A DNA stretch of 64,000 nt from NCBI RefSeq assembly GCF_009914755.1, contig NC_060933.1. One strand, written 5' to 3'. Below, one piece after another: positions 37,341 through 52,735 of the stretch. The position numbers were made by a program, and so were the translations under genes. A model generated the notes under the pieces. The model was not told where the DNA came from. It ran no database searches and was given only the letters and a program-made list of their open reading frames with translations. Position 1 is the stretch's first letter; every line of letters starts with the position of its first letter. Source of the stretch: the human T2T-CHM13v2.0 reference genome, Homo sapiens.

Positions 37341-37619
37341 ATACTAGTTGTTTGAAATGTGAAGATAAAGACACATGAATGCATTGGTGCAAGAAAGAAC
37401 ATGTGGATTGGTGATTAGACCAATTAGAGGAAGAAGAGCTGGGCTAGAAGCAAAGGACCCAGACCCCACAATCCTGGCTTCAGGTTCTGCTTCTTCTATT
37501 TTCTTGCAGGTTGATTTGAGAAATACGCTTCACGTTTTTCAGCTGCTGTTTACTGTCCTGGAAAATAAGGATCATAAGGCTTTTCCTGTGTCCTCTCTCA
37601 AGGTTGTTATAAAATTTCA

Positions 37620-37907
<288 letters not shown>

Positions 37908-38179
37908 CTACGTTCAAGAATGTTAATTCCAGCATTATCTTTAATAGCCAAAGTTTGGTTTAAAAAAAAAAAAACCAAATGTCCATCAACAGAACAATAG
38001 ATACATTTTTGTTAATTCATGTAGTGTGGCATAGCTTACAACACTTAAAATAAGTAAAATTTGACAAAGCTAGGTGGTAGGTACTAAGGTATTTGTTATG
38101 CTACTCTGTTTTTTTTTCTGTATGATTGAAACAGTTCCTAATTTTATAAATTAGCCAAAAAGAAAAAAAAAAAGCTTTG

Positions 38180-38325
38180 GGCAGTGTTTCTCAATATTTG
38201 GTCCACAAACCACCTGCATCAAAATCACTCCAGATAAATGCAGATTGCTGGACCCCTGCTAGGCCTAGGACCAGAGAAACTCTAGTCTGTATTTCAAACA
38301 AAACTACCAGGTGATTCCTAGAGGA
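38180..38325. mobile_element. MER5-type hAT MITE
   Basis: cagtgtttctcaa...cacctgcatcaaaatcac...aatgcagattgctgg...ccaggtgattc. Confidence 0.75.
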
Positions 38326-39084
38326 CAATTGAGGCAGGGATTGGGAGGAGAAAAGAGTTTCGTAGAAAATGATAAAACCTGGGGCTGAGGGAAGAACTCA
38401 GGTAGAGGCTGGGGGAGTGCTGAAATGTCATACCCCTCAGAGGCTAGGGTGGAACGCTTGAGCTGGCTCTGCTGGACAGAGACATGGAGGGGAGTTCATT
38501 AGTGAGCAGCATCTATTAGTTAGGATTAAACTGTGAGACATGGAGAACCCCAAATATCAGCGGTTTAAGTGGAAAAGCCTCGTATTTCCCTCTCGTGTGA
38601 AAGAAGTCTGGAGAAGCCAGGTGTGCTCCACACTACTGCTCTGCTTGCCTCACCCGCCTCTTGGCCTTAGATGACTGTTGAGCTTCAGTCACCATGACCC
38701 CATTGCAACCAACAGGAAGGAAGAAAAGGAGAGAAAAATGGCCTATTCCCTCCCTTTAAGGAAACTTTCCAAAAGTATCACAAACTCTTTCTGCTTATAT
38801 CTAGAGTGTAGTCACATGGCCATTCCTAGCTGGACGGAAGACGAGGACACTTTGTGTTTTATTCCGGATGGCCAAGTGCCTACCTAAAAATGGGGGTAGA
38901 GGAGGCTTTATCACCATTGAGAAAGAGACAGAATCAGGAGAAGGTTAGTGGCTTCTGTCACACAAGTCCAGACGGTTAAGAGCCTATGACAGTCTCTTTG
39001 AAAAGATCCAGTAAAAGGCTGTGAAGATTACAGGATCTGAGAGATGCTGGTCAGGTGATTTCTGGTGTAGCAGTTAAGCTAGAT

Positions 39085-39210
39085 CCTCGCTTCTCAAGTG
39101 TAATTCGTTGGCCAGCAGCATGGACATCACCTGGAAGCTGGCTAGAACTGCAAAATCAGGCTCAACCCCAGCCCTGCTAAATCAGAAGCTGGATTTTAAC
39201 AAGATCCCAA
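39085..39210. mobile_element. MER5A-type hAT MITE fragment
   Basis: ttctcaagtgt...ccagcagcat..catcacctgg...ttttaacaagatccc. Confidence 0.75.
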
Positions 39211-39350
39211 GTATGGGGCTAGAAGATCTCAGAAAAGAGAAAAGTTAGAAACTGGGGAGATTGGTAGCACAGACTAGAGACGTGGGAGTCTTGTAGGTAA
39301 AGTGATGGTTGGGCTTCTGTGTGCCAGTTGGCTCCTTAAGGAAGTGAATG

Positions 39351-40183
39351 TGAGACAGGAAAATAGGGAGTTAGGGTAACCAAGGGTTAAGATATTTGTT
39401 ATGCTACAAATGGCAAAAGAACAGCAGGTGCAGCCAGTTCTAGGCAAGATTAGGCAGCATACAGGCCACATCCTCACTCTTGCGATAACAAGATAGAAGT
39501 TTCCACTTTAGCCTCGGATTGACCACAGGCCAAGTCTCCACTTCAGCCTCTGATTGGCCACAGGCCAGGTCTTCATAGGGTGTAACCAGTTGGAGGCCTC
39601 TAAAGGGTACCTAGGGGTGTTACCAAATTCTTTTAGTTTAATAAAAACTCTAAAGAACATGGCAACCCTGCCGTGCTTGGTGGCTCATGCCTGTAATCCC
39701 AGCTCCTTGGGAGGCTGAGGTGGGCGGATCACTTGAGGCCAGGAGTTGGAGACCAGCCTGGCCAACATGGTGAAACCCCATCTCTACCAACAACAACAAC
39801 AATAAAAAAACAGAAATTAGCCTGGTGTGGTGGTGCACACCTGTGATCCCAGCTACTCGAGAGGCTGAGGCAGGAGAATCACTTAAACTGGGAGGCGGAT
39901 GTTGCAGTGAGCTGAGATCACACCACTGCACTCCATCCTGGATGACAGAGTGAGACTCCATCTCAAGTAGAAGAACATTGTAGTTGGGGCTCTAGAGCCG
40001 CTTGCTGGAGCCTGCTCCCACTCTGTGGAGTATGAACTTTCACTTCAATAAATCTGCACTTTCATTGTTTCTGTCTTCTCTCATTGCTTCATTCTTTTGT
40101 TGCTTTGTGCATTTTGTTCAATTCTTTGTTCAATGTGCCAAGAACCTAGACAACTCACAGTCAAGACTTTCCATCCTGTAACA
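39351..40183 (+). mobile_element. ERV1 solo LTR (MER51/MER41-group-like) interrupted by an Alu
   Basis: TG...CA termini; 4-bp TSD aatg (39347-39350, 40184-40187); AATAAA 40047-40052; U5 motif ttcaattctttgttcaa..gccaagaacct. Confidence 0.85.
39669..39968 (+). mobile_element. AluS-type SINE inside the LTR
   Basis: Dimer; TSD-like aagaacat. Confidence 0.92.
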
Positions 40184-40959
40184 AATGCAGAGGTGGCCGG
40201 AAAGCTGAGTGCTTCAACTCAGGGATGAGAGTGGAAGAAATTGCCAGAAAATAATTAGGAACAAGCGAAAGAAAAGCACTTGGAAAGAAAGCAGTCTTGA
40301 AAACAAACTTTAAAAGAGTATCAGTGAAATACAGATCCAATTACCCTGCCCTGTGGACCAGGCAGTCCTTAATCCTCACAACAACCTTGAGTGGTAGGAT
40401 CTATGATTCCCATTTCACGTGATGAAACCGAGCTTCAGAGATGATGGCTTGCCAAGATCACACACTAAATACTGACATAGCTCACTATAACATCTTGTAG
40501 AGATCTGACTAGTTTACAAAGCATGATTAAATGCATTATCTAATTTAAGCCTCACAATTACTTTGTAAAGTAAACAGAAAGTGGCTGTTATTTTAATTTT
40601 GCAAGTAAAGAATTCCAGGACTTTTGATTCTCAGTCCAGTGTTGTTTTGTTTTTCTCTCATTTTTCTTCCCTTATTTCTTGACACATTGATGATAATGAA
40701 GAATAGATGTGAGTACAGGATTCCTCAAACCTGAATTTAACTGTGTTTGTGAGGGTCCAGCTCAGGGACAGACATTCAGTAAACCCTCCAATGATAACTG
40801 ATATTGTTGTTTTTCTTATAATTACAACTATTGGCTTTGTTCAATAAAGCAATATTTATAAAAGTAATTTATTAGAATGAGAAGTACAGAAACCAAAAAT
40901 GGAGGGGAAATTTGAATGAAGATACGATGTCAGAAATGAGGGAAGGAACTCTAAATAAT

Positions 40960-41185
40960 ACTTCGGAGCCTGAACTTTGGAGTTAGACAAGTTGAGTTCA
41001 CATGCCAGCCCTGCTGCTTATCAGAATGGGGAGTTTGGGCAAAGTGGCTAACAGCCCATCGCCTCCACTTCCTCATCTTCAAGGCTGCCACTTCACGAGA
41101 TATTATTATGAAGATTGAAAGAGATAAAGTACATAAGATGCTAGCCCAATGCTCAGAATAAATATTTAATAATTACAGCTATTAT
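40960..41185 (+). mobile_element. MIR SINE
   Basis: ttggagttagac...gggcaaagtggct...ttcctcatct...agctattatta. Confidence 0.7.
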
Positions 41186-43734
41186 TAAATCCTGGTTATG
41201 GATGGAAGAGTGGACTTGGTAAAAGTCCAAGCCGCAGCAGGTTCGAGAATAAAATAACCTACATTGACTGCTTTGAGTGTTTATCAGTTTGTAGACTTCA
41301 TTTATATCAACTTTAAAAAGGATAATCTCTCTTCCTCAGGCCCACTGTTTTTACACTCTGATTATAATTAACTTGCCTCTTAATGACACTGCATTCATGA
41401 CTGATGTTTCCCAGTTGTAGGTTTTTTAATTCCTATATTTCTCATAAACGTATTTGGTAACTGAATCTAGCAAATGAGTACAAAACAAAGAGTCATAGCC
41501 CTTTACCTTTAATGTCTATGAAGTGAAAGAGATCAAAGGGGAAACTCTGAACTTACTGTCTCATTTATGAGAAGCTTTGGCACAATTTATGAAGGTGACA
41601 GATGTTCTGCTTCCTAGAACCTTTTTGTTCCATCCCCAAATCTATATTTTCCTTTAGTATATTGATTTCTTGTTACAGAGCAGGAATAGCTATTAAATAT
41701 CTTTATTTGGAAGCTTGGGGGTGCCAGAATGTGAGAGGAAAAATGCATCAGTAGCTAAGGGACAGTTGATGGGGTGGGTGCAGGAGGGCCCAAGAGAAGG
41801 TAATCTGTGTCTGGGAAATTATTTACAATTTGAAAGGCACAGAGACTTGCCAGAGGAAGAAAAGAGGGAGCAAATGAGAGAAGCATCCAATCACGCTGAG
41901 CCCTTTGATGGATGAGGAAGATACTTTAAAAGATGAGAAAGCACTTTCCCTATCAGCCAGATGGCTCATCTAATCTCTCTTTGTAGCTAGCAGCAGAGGG
42001 GAAAGATCCAGTGTAAAAAATTATGGAATATCTGTTGGGAATAAGCTGATGCAAACCAATCACAAATCGAAGTGTTTTTCTTTTCAGTTTTGATGAGGGG
42101 ACACTGATTTCTATTTGGGGGTGGGACTGGATTTTGACTACCAAAATGTAGCTGGAAATTGAGTTGATTGATTATGAACAATGTTCCAAACACTGTTTCT
42201 CTCAGCAATGCAAATAACATTTCTGTGGTGTATTTATAGTTTCAAAGCATCCTCACCTGCATTCTCTGATTTTATCTTATAAATAGCCCTGTGAGGTAGG
42301 TGTCATTATCCTCATTTTATACTTGAGATAAGTGAGGCTTACAGAAATTAATTAACAACAGTCTCCAAACTTGGGTCTGTTTTACTATACTAGCTTTCTT
42401 TGGGTCTTCCAACAAATGGCAATCTATGGCCACAGTTCCCACAAACAGCTTTCTTTTTTTTTTTTTTTTTTTTTTGGTGGGGGGAGGGGCGGGGGGCATC
42501 TCTGCCAAGCATCTCCTAGATTTCCATAATGTTTTTCCCTCCAAGCCAATTCCATGATCCTTGGCATCTCTCAAAGGCCTGAAGAGCCCACCTGAGGTTG
42601 CCTGGAGGGTGAGTGCTAGGAGTGGAAAAGGGTGGCACAGTCCTATGAGCCACTAAGCTACTGCTTCCCTTGGCTTTGGGGGACGCGGTGTCCTGGTGAC
42701 ATCACTGTCCCCTTGCAGTGCCCTCTCTTGTATCCCCTTAGAGCTCCTGGGCTGCCTTCCAGCCATCCTAAGTATCCCATCCCTTCAAAGTCTGTTTACT
42801 TCCATCCCCCTCAGGACATCTCAGCCAGGAAAGCAATCACTTTTTGCACATTACTATCTCCTTAAGATAATTTCTAGCTTAGAGAACAAACAGCCAGGGA
42901 AGACAATGTCTTCCTTGGCCACACTGGACATGCTCCATGGGCTGAAAGCCTCCAGGCTTGAAGCTACTTCTCCACTTCCTCCCCTCCTGATAACTTCCTG
43001 GCCTGTTGGAACCTCTTCCACAGTCGGTGGTCAATAAGCTTAAAATTGTGCCTACACCCAGAGGACAGGGAGTCTTGCATCAGCTTGGCAGTGCAGAGTA
43101 ACGCCAGCTATAGTTGCAGAGACCACAATAGTTATTAGTTAGAATATACATGTGCCTGTATTTGAACTTTGGTATCACCACTTGCTAACTGTGGTACGTT
43201 CTCTGTGACTCAGTGTATGCATTTTTCAAGTGGGGTAATAATATTACATATAGAGTTATAATGAGGATTAAAAGTGTTGTATATGTAAAGTGCTTAGAAT
43301 TGTTCTGGCATAAAAAAAACTCCATAAGGATTCAATCAATTAAATTGTTTAAATTCCACTTTTTGAAGTGCCTACTCTATGCTAGGTTCTTTACATCTGA
43401 AATTCAGACGCCAGCTGGAGTTATCCTGACCCCTCAGATGGAAATAAGTGGTTAAGACCTCCTTTTCTATGGATTATGGTAAACCAAATAATCTTCCCAA
43501 GACTTCTTTGAATTCCAAAGGGTTCCTTATATTTCTTGATTAGCTCAGGCTCCCAACACCAGCTTCTTCAGAATTATTCTCGTAAGGGATTGTTTTGCTG
43601 TAGTCCACATTGTATCTCACAGATGTTTAACTCAAATTAATACTCACAGGAAACTTATAGAGGCGTTCACGTATGTAGTGACATTTATTAAAGTTTGGAA
43701 AAAAGGAGGTTTTACATTACAAAAAAACCGTCAA

Positions 43735-43841
43735 TTTTATTTTATTTATTTATATATATTTTTTGAGATGGAGTTTCGCTCTTGTTGCCCAGGCTGGAAT
43801 GCAATGGTGAGATCTCGGCTCACCACAATCTCCGCCTCCCA
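43735..43841 (-). mobile_element. Alu 3' fragment
   Basis: Tail plus last ~80 nt; TSD-like tcaatttta. Confidence 0.85.
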
Positions 43842-43967
43842 GAACCCAATCAATTTTAAATTCAGTATCAGTCATCTCTATTCTTTAAGGCCTTGGACCA
43901 GGTCCACATTTTAAGATCTGGCCTCCTGCTGAATTCCTTAATCTTTCTCTCTCTTCCTTTTTCCTAG

Positions 43968-44330
43968 TGTCTCAGTCCATTCAGGCTGCCATACCAAAAT
44001 ATCTTATGCTGGGTAATTTATAAACAATAGAAATTTGTTGCTCACAGTTCTGGGGGCTGAGAAGTCCAAGATCGTGGTGCCAGCATGGTCATGTTCAGAT
44101 GAGGGCCCACTTTCTGATTCATAGATGGTACCTTCTCACTGTATCCTAACAAGGTGGAAGGGACAAATAAGCTCCCTTAGTCCTTTTTATAAGGGCACTA
44201 ATCCCATTCATAAGGGATCTCTCCCCATGACCTAAACACTTCCCAAAGACCACGTCTTAATACTATTGCATTGGAGATTAAGTTGAAACATGTTAATTTT
44301 GGGGAAACACATGCATTCAGACCATAGCCC
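43968..44330 (-). mobile_element. MaLR LTR (MLT1A-like)
   Basis: tgtctcagtccattcaggctgc...gctcacagttctgg...aagtccaagatc...taagggcactaatcccattcat. Confidence 0.85.
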
Positions 44331-44446
44331 CTACTATCTTTCCTCCTTACGCCTTCACTCCAGATTGCCCCAGACTCCAAATTCTTGTTCCATAATGCAG
44401 AAAAATCCATTAAGTTCTCTCTAACCAGCTGTTTAAAAATCTGGCC

Positions 44447-44750
44447 AGCTGGGTGCAGTGGCTTACACCTGTAATCCCAACACTTTGGGAGGCTGAGGTG
44501 GGAGAATCATTTGAGGTCAGGAGGTCAAGACCAGCCTGAGCAATGTATTGAGACCCTATCTCTACAAAAATTAAAAAATTAGGTGCAGTGGCATGCACCT
44601 GTGGTCCCAGCTACTCAGGAGGCTGAGACAGGAGGATTACTTGAGCCCAGGTGGTTGAGGTTGCAGTGAGTCATGATTGCAACACTGAGCAACAGCCTGG
44701 GCAACAGAGCAAGACCTTGTCTCCAAAAAAAAAGAAAGAAAAAAGAAAAA
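44447..44750 (+). mobile_element. AluJ-type SINE
   Basis: AluJ motif gaggattacttgagcccagg. Confidence 0.9.
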
Positions 44751-44902
44751 CCTGGCTAAACTTTTAAAGACCACTACGTCTGTCACTCAAAAACCTTGCT
44801 AAAGATTAAAAAATTATCTTTTTAAGGACTTCTTTAAATTATTGGCCAGAAATTAAACTCATTCTCATTTGTGTTTGTATGTAGATGGAAAAGAGAAGAG
44901 GA

Positions 44903-45201
44903 TTTTTTTTTTTCTTGGAGATAGAGTCTCATTCTGTTGCCCAGGCTGGAGTGAAGTGGCACACGATCTTGGCTCACTGCAACCTCCACCTCCTGGGTTC
45001 AAGCGAGCCTTGTGCCTCAGCCTCCTGAGTGGCTGGGATTACAGGCATGAGCCACTATGCCAGGCTAATTTTTGTATTTTTAGTAGAAACGGGGTTTTGC
45101 TGTGTTGGCCAAGTTGGTCTTGAACTCCTGACCTCAAATAATCCGCCCGCCTCCACCTCCCAAAGTGTTGGCATTACAGGCATGAGCCACTGCACCCGGC
45201 C
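44903..45201 (-). mobile_element. AluS-type SINE
   Basis: Full dimer. Confidence 0.92.
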
Positions 45202-45559
45202 AAGGGTGGTTATTAAACACACATTATCTCAATTAGTTCTCACAGCAATACTGCAAGGTAGGTCTGATTCCCCCCAATTTTATAACTAGGAACACTGAGA
45301 ACCAGAGAAATTAAAGAATACACTCAAGGTCATCTAGTTGGGAAGGGGTGAACAGAGTCAAGACCATGGGACCACGTCAGTCTGACACCAAATCCCTCAC
45401 TGCTTTCATTACACCACACTGCCTCATATGTTATGCTTGGCCTTATGAATCTGAAATATCCCAAGGTGATGACAGAGATTAGAGGAAACAAATGCAACTC
45501 CTCCCTGAGGGAGCCAATTGCATCTTGGACAACCCCAAGCTGTTTCTCCTGGCTGCCAT

Positions 45560-45760
45560 CTTAATGTAGATGTCTTCGTACACCATGCCCAGACCTGAGC
45601 CCAGCCTTCCAGGTGGGATCTGACCAGAACACAGGAGAGCAAAACCACCCACTATATTCTTTACTCTGGATTTCTAGTTATGAAATCTGAGGTGCCTTTG
45701 GCTCCTTGAACCCAAATTGCATTGCTGATTCTTTCCTGGCTTTCAGCCAGTGGAAACCCC
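45560..45760 (-). mobile_element. CR1/L3 ORF2 fossil fragment
   Basis: LLSCVLVRSHLEGWAQVWA resembles the CR1 motif LYSALVRPHLEYCVQFWAP. Confidence 0.6.
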
Positions 45761-46149
45761 TAAAACAAAGGTCCCCCTTAAGTTCCGGCATCAATCCCAG
45801 GGTGGATCCTTGCTTCACCACTTCTTATGAGAATTTAGGCAACTCAGCTCTCTTATTTAATCAAGGGTATTGTTGATTGCACTAAAAGAGACAACAATAC
45901 TATTTATCTCATAAAACTGTTAGAAGAATTAAATGAATTAATGCATGCATAATGCTAACCCAGTATCTGGAACATTGTAAAGTTCAACAAACATTAGATG
46001 TAATAGTAATACTTACAAATGCCCATCTCTTCTCCCACTTCCAGACAAATTTGATCTCTCCACTTCCCCATCTTCCCCCACTCCCAACACATACACACAC
46101 AAACCCATTACTGAAACGCACTCTCCTAAAGCAGAAAATCTGGCCTTAG

Positions 46150-46560
<411 letters not shown>

Positions 46561-47053
46561 TAAAATGGAAACCATAATTGTGTATTGACTTAACTCACAG
46601 CATCATCGTGAGGATTACATAAGGTAGAAATATAAGGAAGCTCCATATTTATTGGTACATTATTTCCATTGTCCTTGTAATGATGTTGGTAGTTTTTTTA
46701 AAAACTAATTACAGGTCTTTGTACTAATCTCTATTAAAATGTATACACTTATTTACGATTTATCAGATTAACATTGCTGCTCTATGTTCAGCCTTTGTAT
46801 TTTTTTCTTATGTGATACATTTATCTGTGAGTTTTTAAAAACTCTATTCATATTAAAATGACAGCATAGGACCCCTATCCCTGCTAGTCACAAATTTTAT
46901 TTTATTCATTAACAATAAATCCACAACAATTGGCTACATTATATACTGTTCTGGGGGCAATGACAGAGTCAAAGAAATAAAATTTGGGGTGTGTGCCCTC
47001 GAGTCTGTTAGTCCTCTGGGGAAATGACCTACATTCTTAACCTTAAATGTTAG

Positions 47054-47362
<309 letters not shown>

Positions 47363-47849
47363 CAAATGTTAGTATCTTGAAATAGTTATGCGTCATGCCA
47401 AAGAAATCTAGAAGACCTGAAACTCTTCAATCACAGAACAAACTTGTAACTTCGATGGCAGTTATCCTTAACAAGATTCCCTGCGGGCCCTCTCTGAAAC
47501 GGAGGAGATGTGACATTATAGAACTGCAAAATCTTAGGATTCATCACCTAACTTTAATGCTGAAGCGTTTGGAGATCATTCGGACTAACCCTCATGTTTT
47601 ACAGTTGAAGATAATGATACTGGAGAAGGACTCATCCCAAATCACCCGTCGGTGGCAGAGCCTGGACAAACCTATGTCTCCTCCCTTCACTCGTTTGGGG
47701 TTGTTGCTCGACTGCAGGGACTCGAAGTAAGTAGAGAGGGGTACAGGGCACTGGAAGAAGAGGTATTTTGCAGGAGTCTGTTTTTTCCTGCTCCCAAATC
47801 GGTGGGATGTCAGCGAAGGATGGGTCTCTGGAGGAGAGGAGCTAACAAG

Positions 47850-48880
47850 GTCTTCTGAAAACCATCACTGAGGGTGCTGTGGTTGGGAACTCGAAACCTT
47901 GCCAGTTAAAAACGTTTCTGCGAATGTGGTTTCTGAGGGCGAGGAAGCCCTCCCCCGCCCCAGCGCCGGCCCCGCCCGCCGGGTGCCCGACAGTAACCCC
48001 GAGGCGTGCGGCAGCCCCAGCTGTCTTCAACGTAGCCATCTGGAAGACAAAAACCAGAAAATGTGCGCCTTCTCATTTGAAACCTGGTCTTTAAGTCCGG
48101 CCCCTCCCCAGCAAGAATGGGAACATTTAGTTTGCACCCACGTGGCTCTTCCGCGGGCTCATGCTCCACTCGGAAGCCCGGAGCTCTGTCCGGAATAGGC
48201 CAGACAGAGCTCCCTTCCCATCTGCCTTTTGCAGGAAGAAGGGATGTGGGGCAATCGGCACAGCTGAATAGGGGCCAGCTGTGGGAAAAGGGAGAGCGTG
48301 ACAACAGATGGGGGGAGGAAGGAACGAGGAGTAATGGGGCGTCAGGGCCAGGGTGGCAGCTCAGAGGGCCCAATGTCGCCCCGCCAGACCCAGAATTAGG
48401 GCACGTCTGCAAAGCTCACACCCTCCATTTGAGAGCCGAACCGAAACCATCACAAGATGAAACCTCCGGACTCCCAGCCGCGGCGGGCGGCAGGCAGCGG
48501 GCGGCGCGCAAGCGCGCGGGGCCCCGAGTCTGACCTCGAGTTACCCCGCGCGGCGAGTCGCGGCGAAGTAGGTGAAAGGTAACTAGCAGACGCTGCTCTG
48601 GGCGAAGGCTGCGGCGCGCGTGCGCGGGGCTGGGCCTTGGGTTCCGTTCTCCCCCAAGTTTCTCCAAGTCTGCACTTCGCCAAACTATGGGTGTGTCCTG
48701 GGCCAGTGCATGAAGCGATGGAGTGGGGACATCGAGCCGATTTGGAAAATTCCTGCCACCCACTCTCTGTGGAGAAACGAGGTCCAGACGCGGTGCAGGG
48801 GAGAGAACCACTTACTGAACGCCATGTGTGTGCGCGGCGGGCGTGGTGCTGGGCGCCCTTCTTTTGATTCTCACAACCCT
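47850..48880. promoter_or_regulatory. CpG island, promoter-like
   Basis: Dense CpG in non-repeat DNA; GC boxes 47952-47980; NRF1-like GCGCGTGCGC near 48616; donor-like AAG|gtaact (+, 48578) and TCA|gtaagt (-, 48815). Confidence 0.8.
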
Positions 48881-49714
48881 TTGAAAGACCTCAAAATGAC
48901 CCCTCATGGAAGAGGAAACTGAGGCCCTGTGAGTTCATTTAATTGGCCCACGGTCATCCAATCAGTTAAGGGCAATTTCCATGAAGGGTCCGTGCTTCAA
49001 AGTGGATTTTTGGCCCTAAAACACACAAACGACACCTGTAGCACATTTGGCAAGGCACTCTCATAGGCATTACTCATTCCATCCTTATCAGAAACCTATG
49101 AGGTAGTAGGTGCTGTGACTATTTTCTTTTTGCAGATGGGGAAACTGAGACTCAAGGAAGTTGTTCTGGAATCCCACAGAGAATATCAGAGCTGAAATTT
49201 TCTGTCCTATTTTAGAGAGATAAAAAGCTGAAAGCTCAAAGTCACGTTCTCCCATCGCCAATCTGAAGACCTATGAGAGCTTCATGCACTATGGGGTGAG
49301 TGGCCCAGGCCATGCTAAAGACAAAGAAGTTCTCATTATTGGAGGTCTCCTTTGAGGGTTTCCATTACAAAATTACAAAGTGATCAACCCTTCTAGAAGA
49401 CAGTTGGGTTGTTCACTTATTAAGGGCAGGGACAGAGTGCACTGCTCACAGTTGCTGAATTTGGTGTTCGTTCGGTGAGCTTATAGCTGAATGAACTCAT
49501 TTTCAATCCCAGATTATTCAAGGGGGAAGCTGCCTTTGTGTCAGGCAATGGGTGAAGTAGCTTGTTTGTGACTTTTCCCAGAGGAGGGTTCTTGCATTCA
49601 CGCAGCAAACATACTTATCATGCACTCTGCGGTGTTTATATAGCTGGGAAACAGATGGGAACTTCAAAGGACAGGAATGCTTTGCTTCTCTTGAAAATTC
49701 TGCTCTGAGTATTT

Positions 49715-50052
49715 GTCTTAGTCTTCTCGTGCTGGGTACTTAAACAACAGACATTTATTTCTCATAATTCTGGATGCTGGAAGTCCAAAATCAAGGTGCA
49801 GGCTGATTTGATTCCTGTTGAGGCCCCACTTTCTGGCTTGCAAACAGCCATCTTATCACTGTACGCTCTTAGAGACTTCTCTCTAGAGTCTCTTCTTATA
49901 AGGCATGAATCCCATCGTGGGGGCACCACCCTTATGACCTCATCTAAACCAAATTACCTCCCAAAGGACCCACCTCCTAATCATCATACTGGAGGTTAGG
50001 CATTCAACCTATGAACTGGGTGGAAGGGAGCACAAAAATTCACTCATAACAA
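49715..50052 (-). mobile_element. MaLR LTR (MLT1-type)
   Basis: taaacaacagacatttatttctcat..ttctgga.gctggaagtccaa..tcaaggtg; atgacctcatctaaacc.aattacctcccaaagg. Confidence 0.85.
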
Positions 50053-51250
50053 TCCTAGATGTCTGGATGTTTGCCCATCTCCATGCATGGTAGAAGCCAT
50101 GTAATCCCCCTACCCTGTCAGGGTTTCCTGTGACACAAGAAGTAGATCACCCAGGGAGGGGCACCGGAACGCAGTCATAACTCCTCCCACCCCACCAACC
50201 CCTTGGTGCCTCAGCTGCTCTTCAGAATCACAAAGGCCAGAAAACAGAAGCAGCTCTCCTCCTCTCCTAGGAGGCTTTGGAAACAGAGGGAGATGCAAAT
50301 GGAAATTCCCCAAAAGGGAAATGCAAGGGAAGCAGAAAAAGCTGCAGCAAAGTGGGTCTGCCCCCGCTACCCTCATTTCTTTCCAAGAATCCCCTCCCTT
50401 GAGTGTGCCGTCAGAGAATTGGAATGTCACTGCCCTGTCCCCCAAGACTGTGTTGCTGCTCAGGCTGATAAAGACAAAGGCTGCAATTGGGCTCGCTTTG
50501 CCCGAATGTAACCCTGCCTTGAAGCCTTCCTGAGGTGACCAGGGGAGATCATATGCTGCCTGATGCTGTCAAGATGCCTGTGTGAGCTGCCTGCCTGCTG
50601 GTGTTGGCAGGAAGAAGGCTGCTTGGTAACTTACATCAGCACCGCGTGGAGGGTTGAGAGCTTTGGCCATGCCGGGCCCTGTGCTGACACTTGTAGTTGA
50701 ATTCCCTCCCATATGATCCTCCACAGCCCTATGCAGTAAGTGTGTGACCCCCGTTTTGGAGAGTATGAAACTGAGGCTCTGAGGAGGTAAGTGATTTCCC
50801 CACATCACCCAACCAGTAAAACGCATGGCTGAGACTCAGCTCCTTTCCTGCTCTAGGCATTTAAACCCAACACCCCAATAGGACAGGTTCTTGCAGCTGG
50901 CTGGGAAAATTGTCCCTAGGTTTCTTCCTTTCTTCCCTAATTATCCCAGAGAAATTTCAATAAAAATGTAGAACAAGGAAAATTCCAGGCCTTACACACA
51001 GTTAAATAATGAGTGACTTTATAGAGGAATGAATGAATGAAGGCAGAGAATGACGGTCGATAAAGTGCCTGGAATTGTGCCTGACACATAGTAAACACTC
51101 AATCACTATTTCCCAAATGGTTGAATAAAGGAATAAGAATATCAAAGTATATGGAAGGGAAGAATTTCAGTGTGAGATGCAAATATTTTAGGATAGCAAT
51201 TTCCCTACCTTAAGCTCACAGATAAAGTTTATGGTCCTGTTGAAATTTGA

Positions 51251-51554
<304 letters not shown>

Positions 51555-51896
51555 GAAGTTCTTATTTTTAAATTATTGGTGAGAGATTTACTGACCCTAG
51601 TAGGTTATCAGTAAAAATACAGAAAGTGGATGCAGCAAAGCCCTGGTCCATCTGGTCCATGTCCCCTCCCTGTTGAGTTGCTTCTCTGGGTGTCTCGTAT
51701 GTGATTTGTGCTGCTGGCTTTTATCATTAGGAAAGGCTTTCATTCCATTCAAAAAGAGCTACTGCTCTTTATGAAGCACTAAGTAGGTTAGTGCATAAGA
51801 TATGGTCTTTGCTTCCTAGGTGAGGAAAACGTAAGTTCCGACGTTTGAGTCCCTGCCCTTGTTAAGGTGTATATTTCAACACATCACTTAATCTTA

Positions 51897-52735
<839 letters not shown>

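Noticed and set aside
47842-48922. Stack of ORFs of up to 168 aa on both strands over the second CpG island (likewise 24827-25317)
   Set aside because: Stop-codon scarcity in GC-rich DNA; no recognisable domain, and mostly non-ATG starts.
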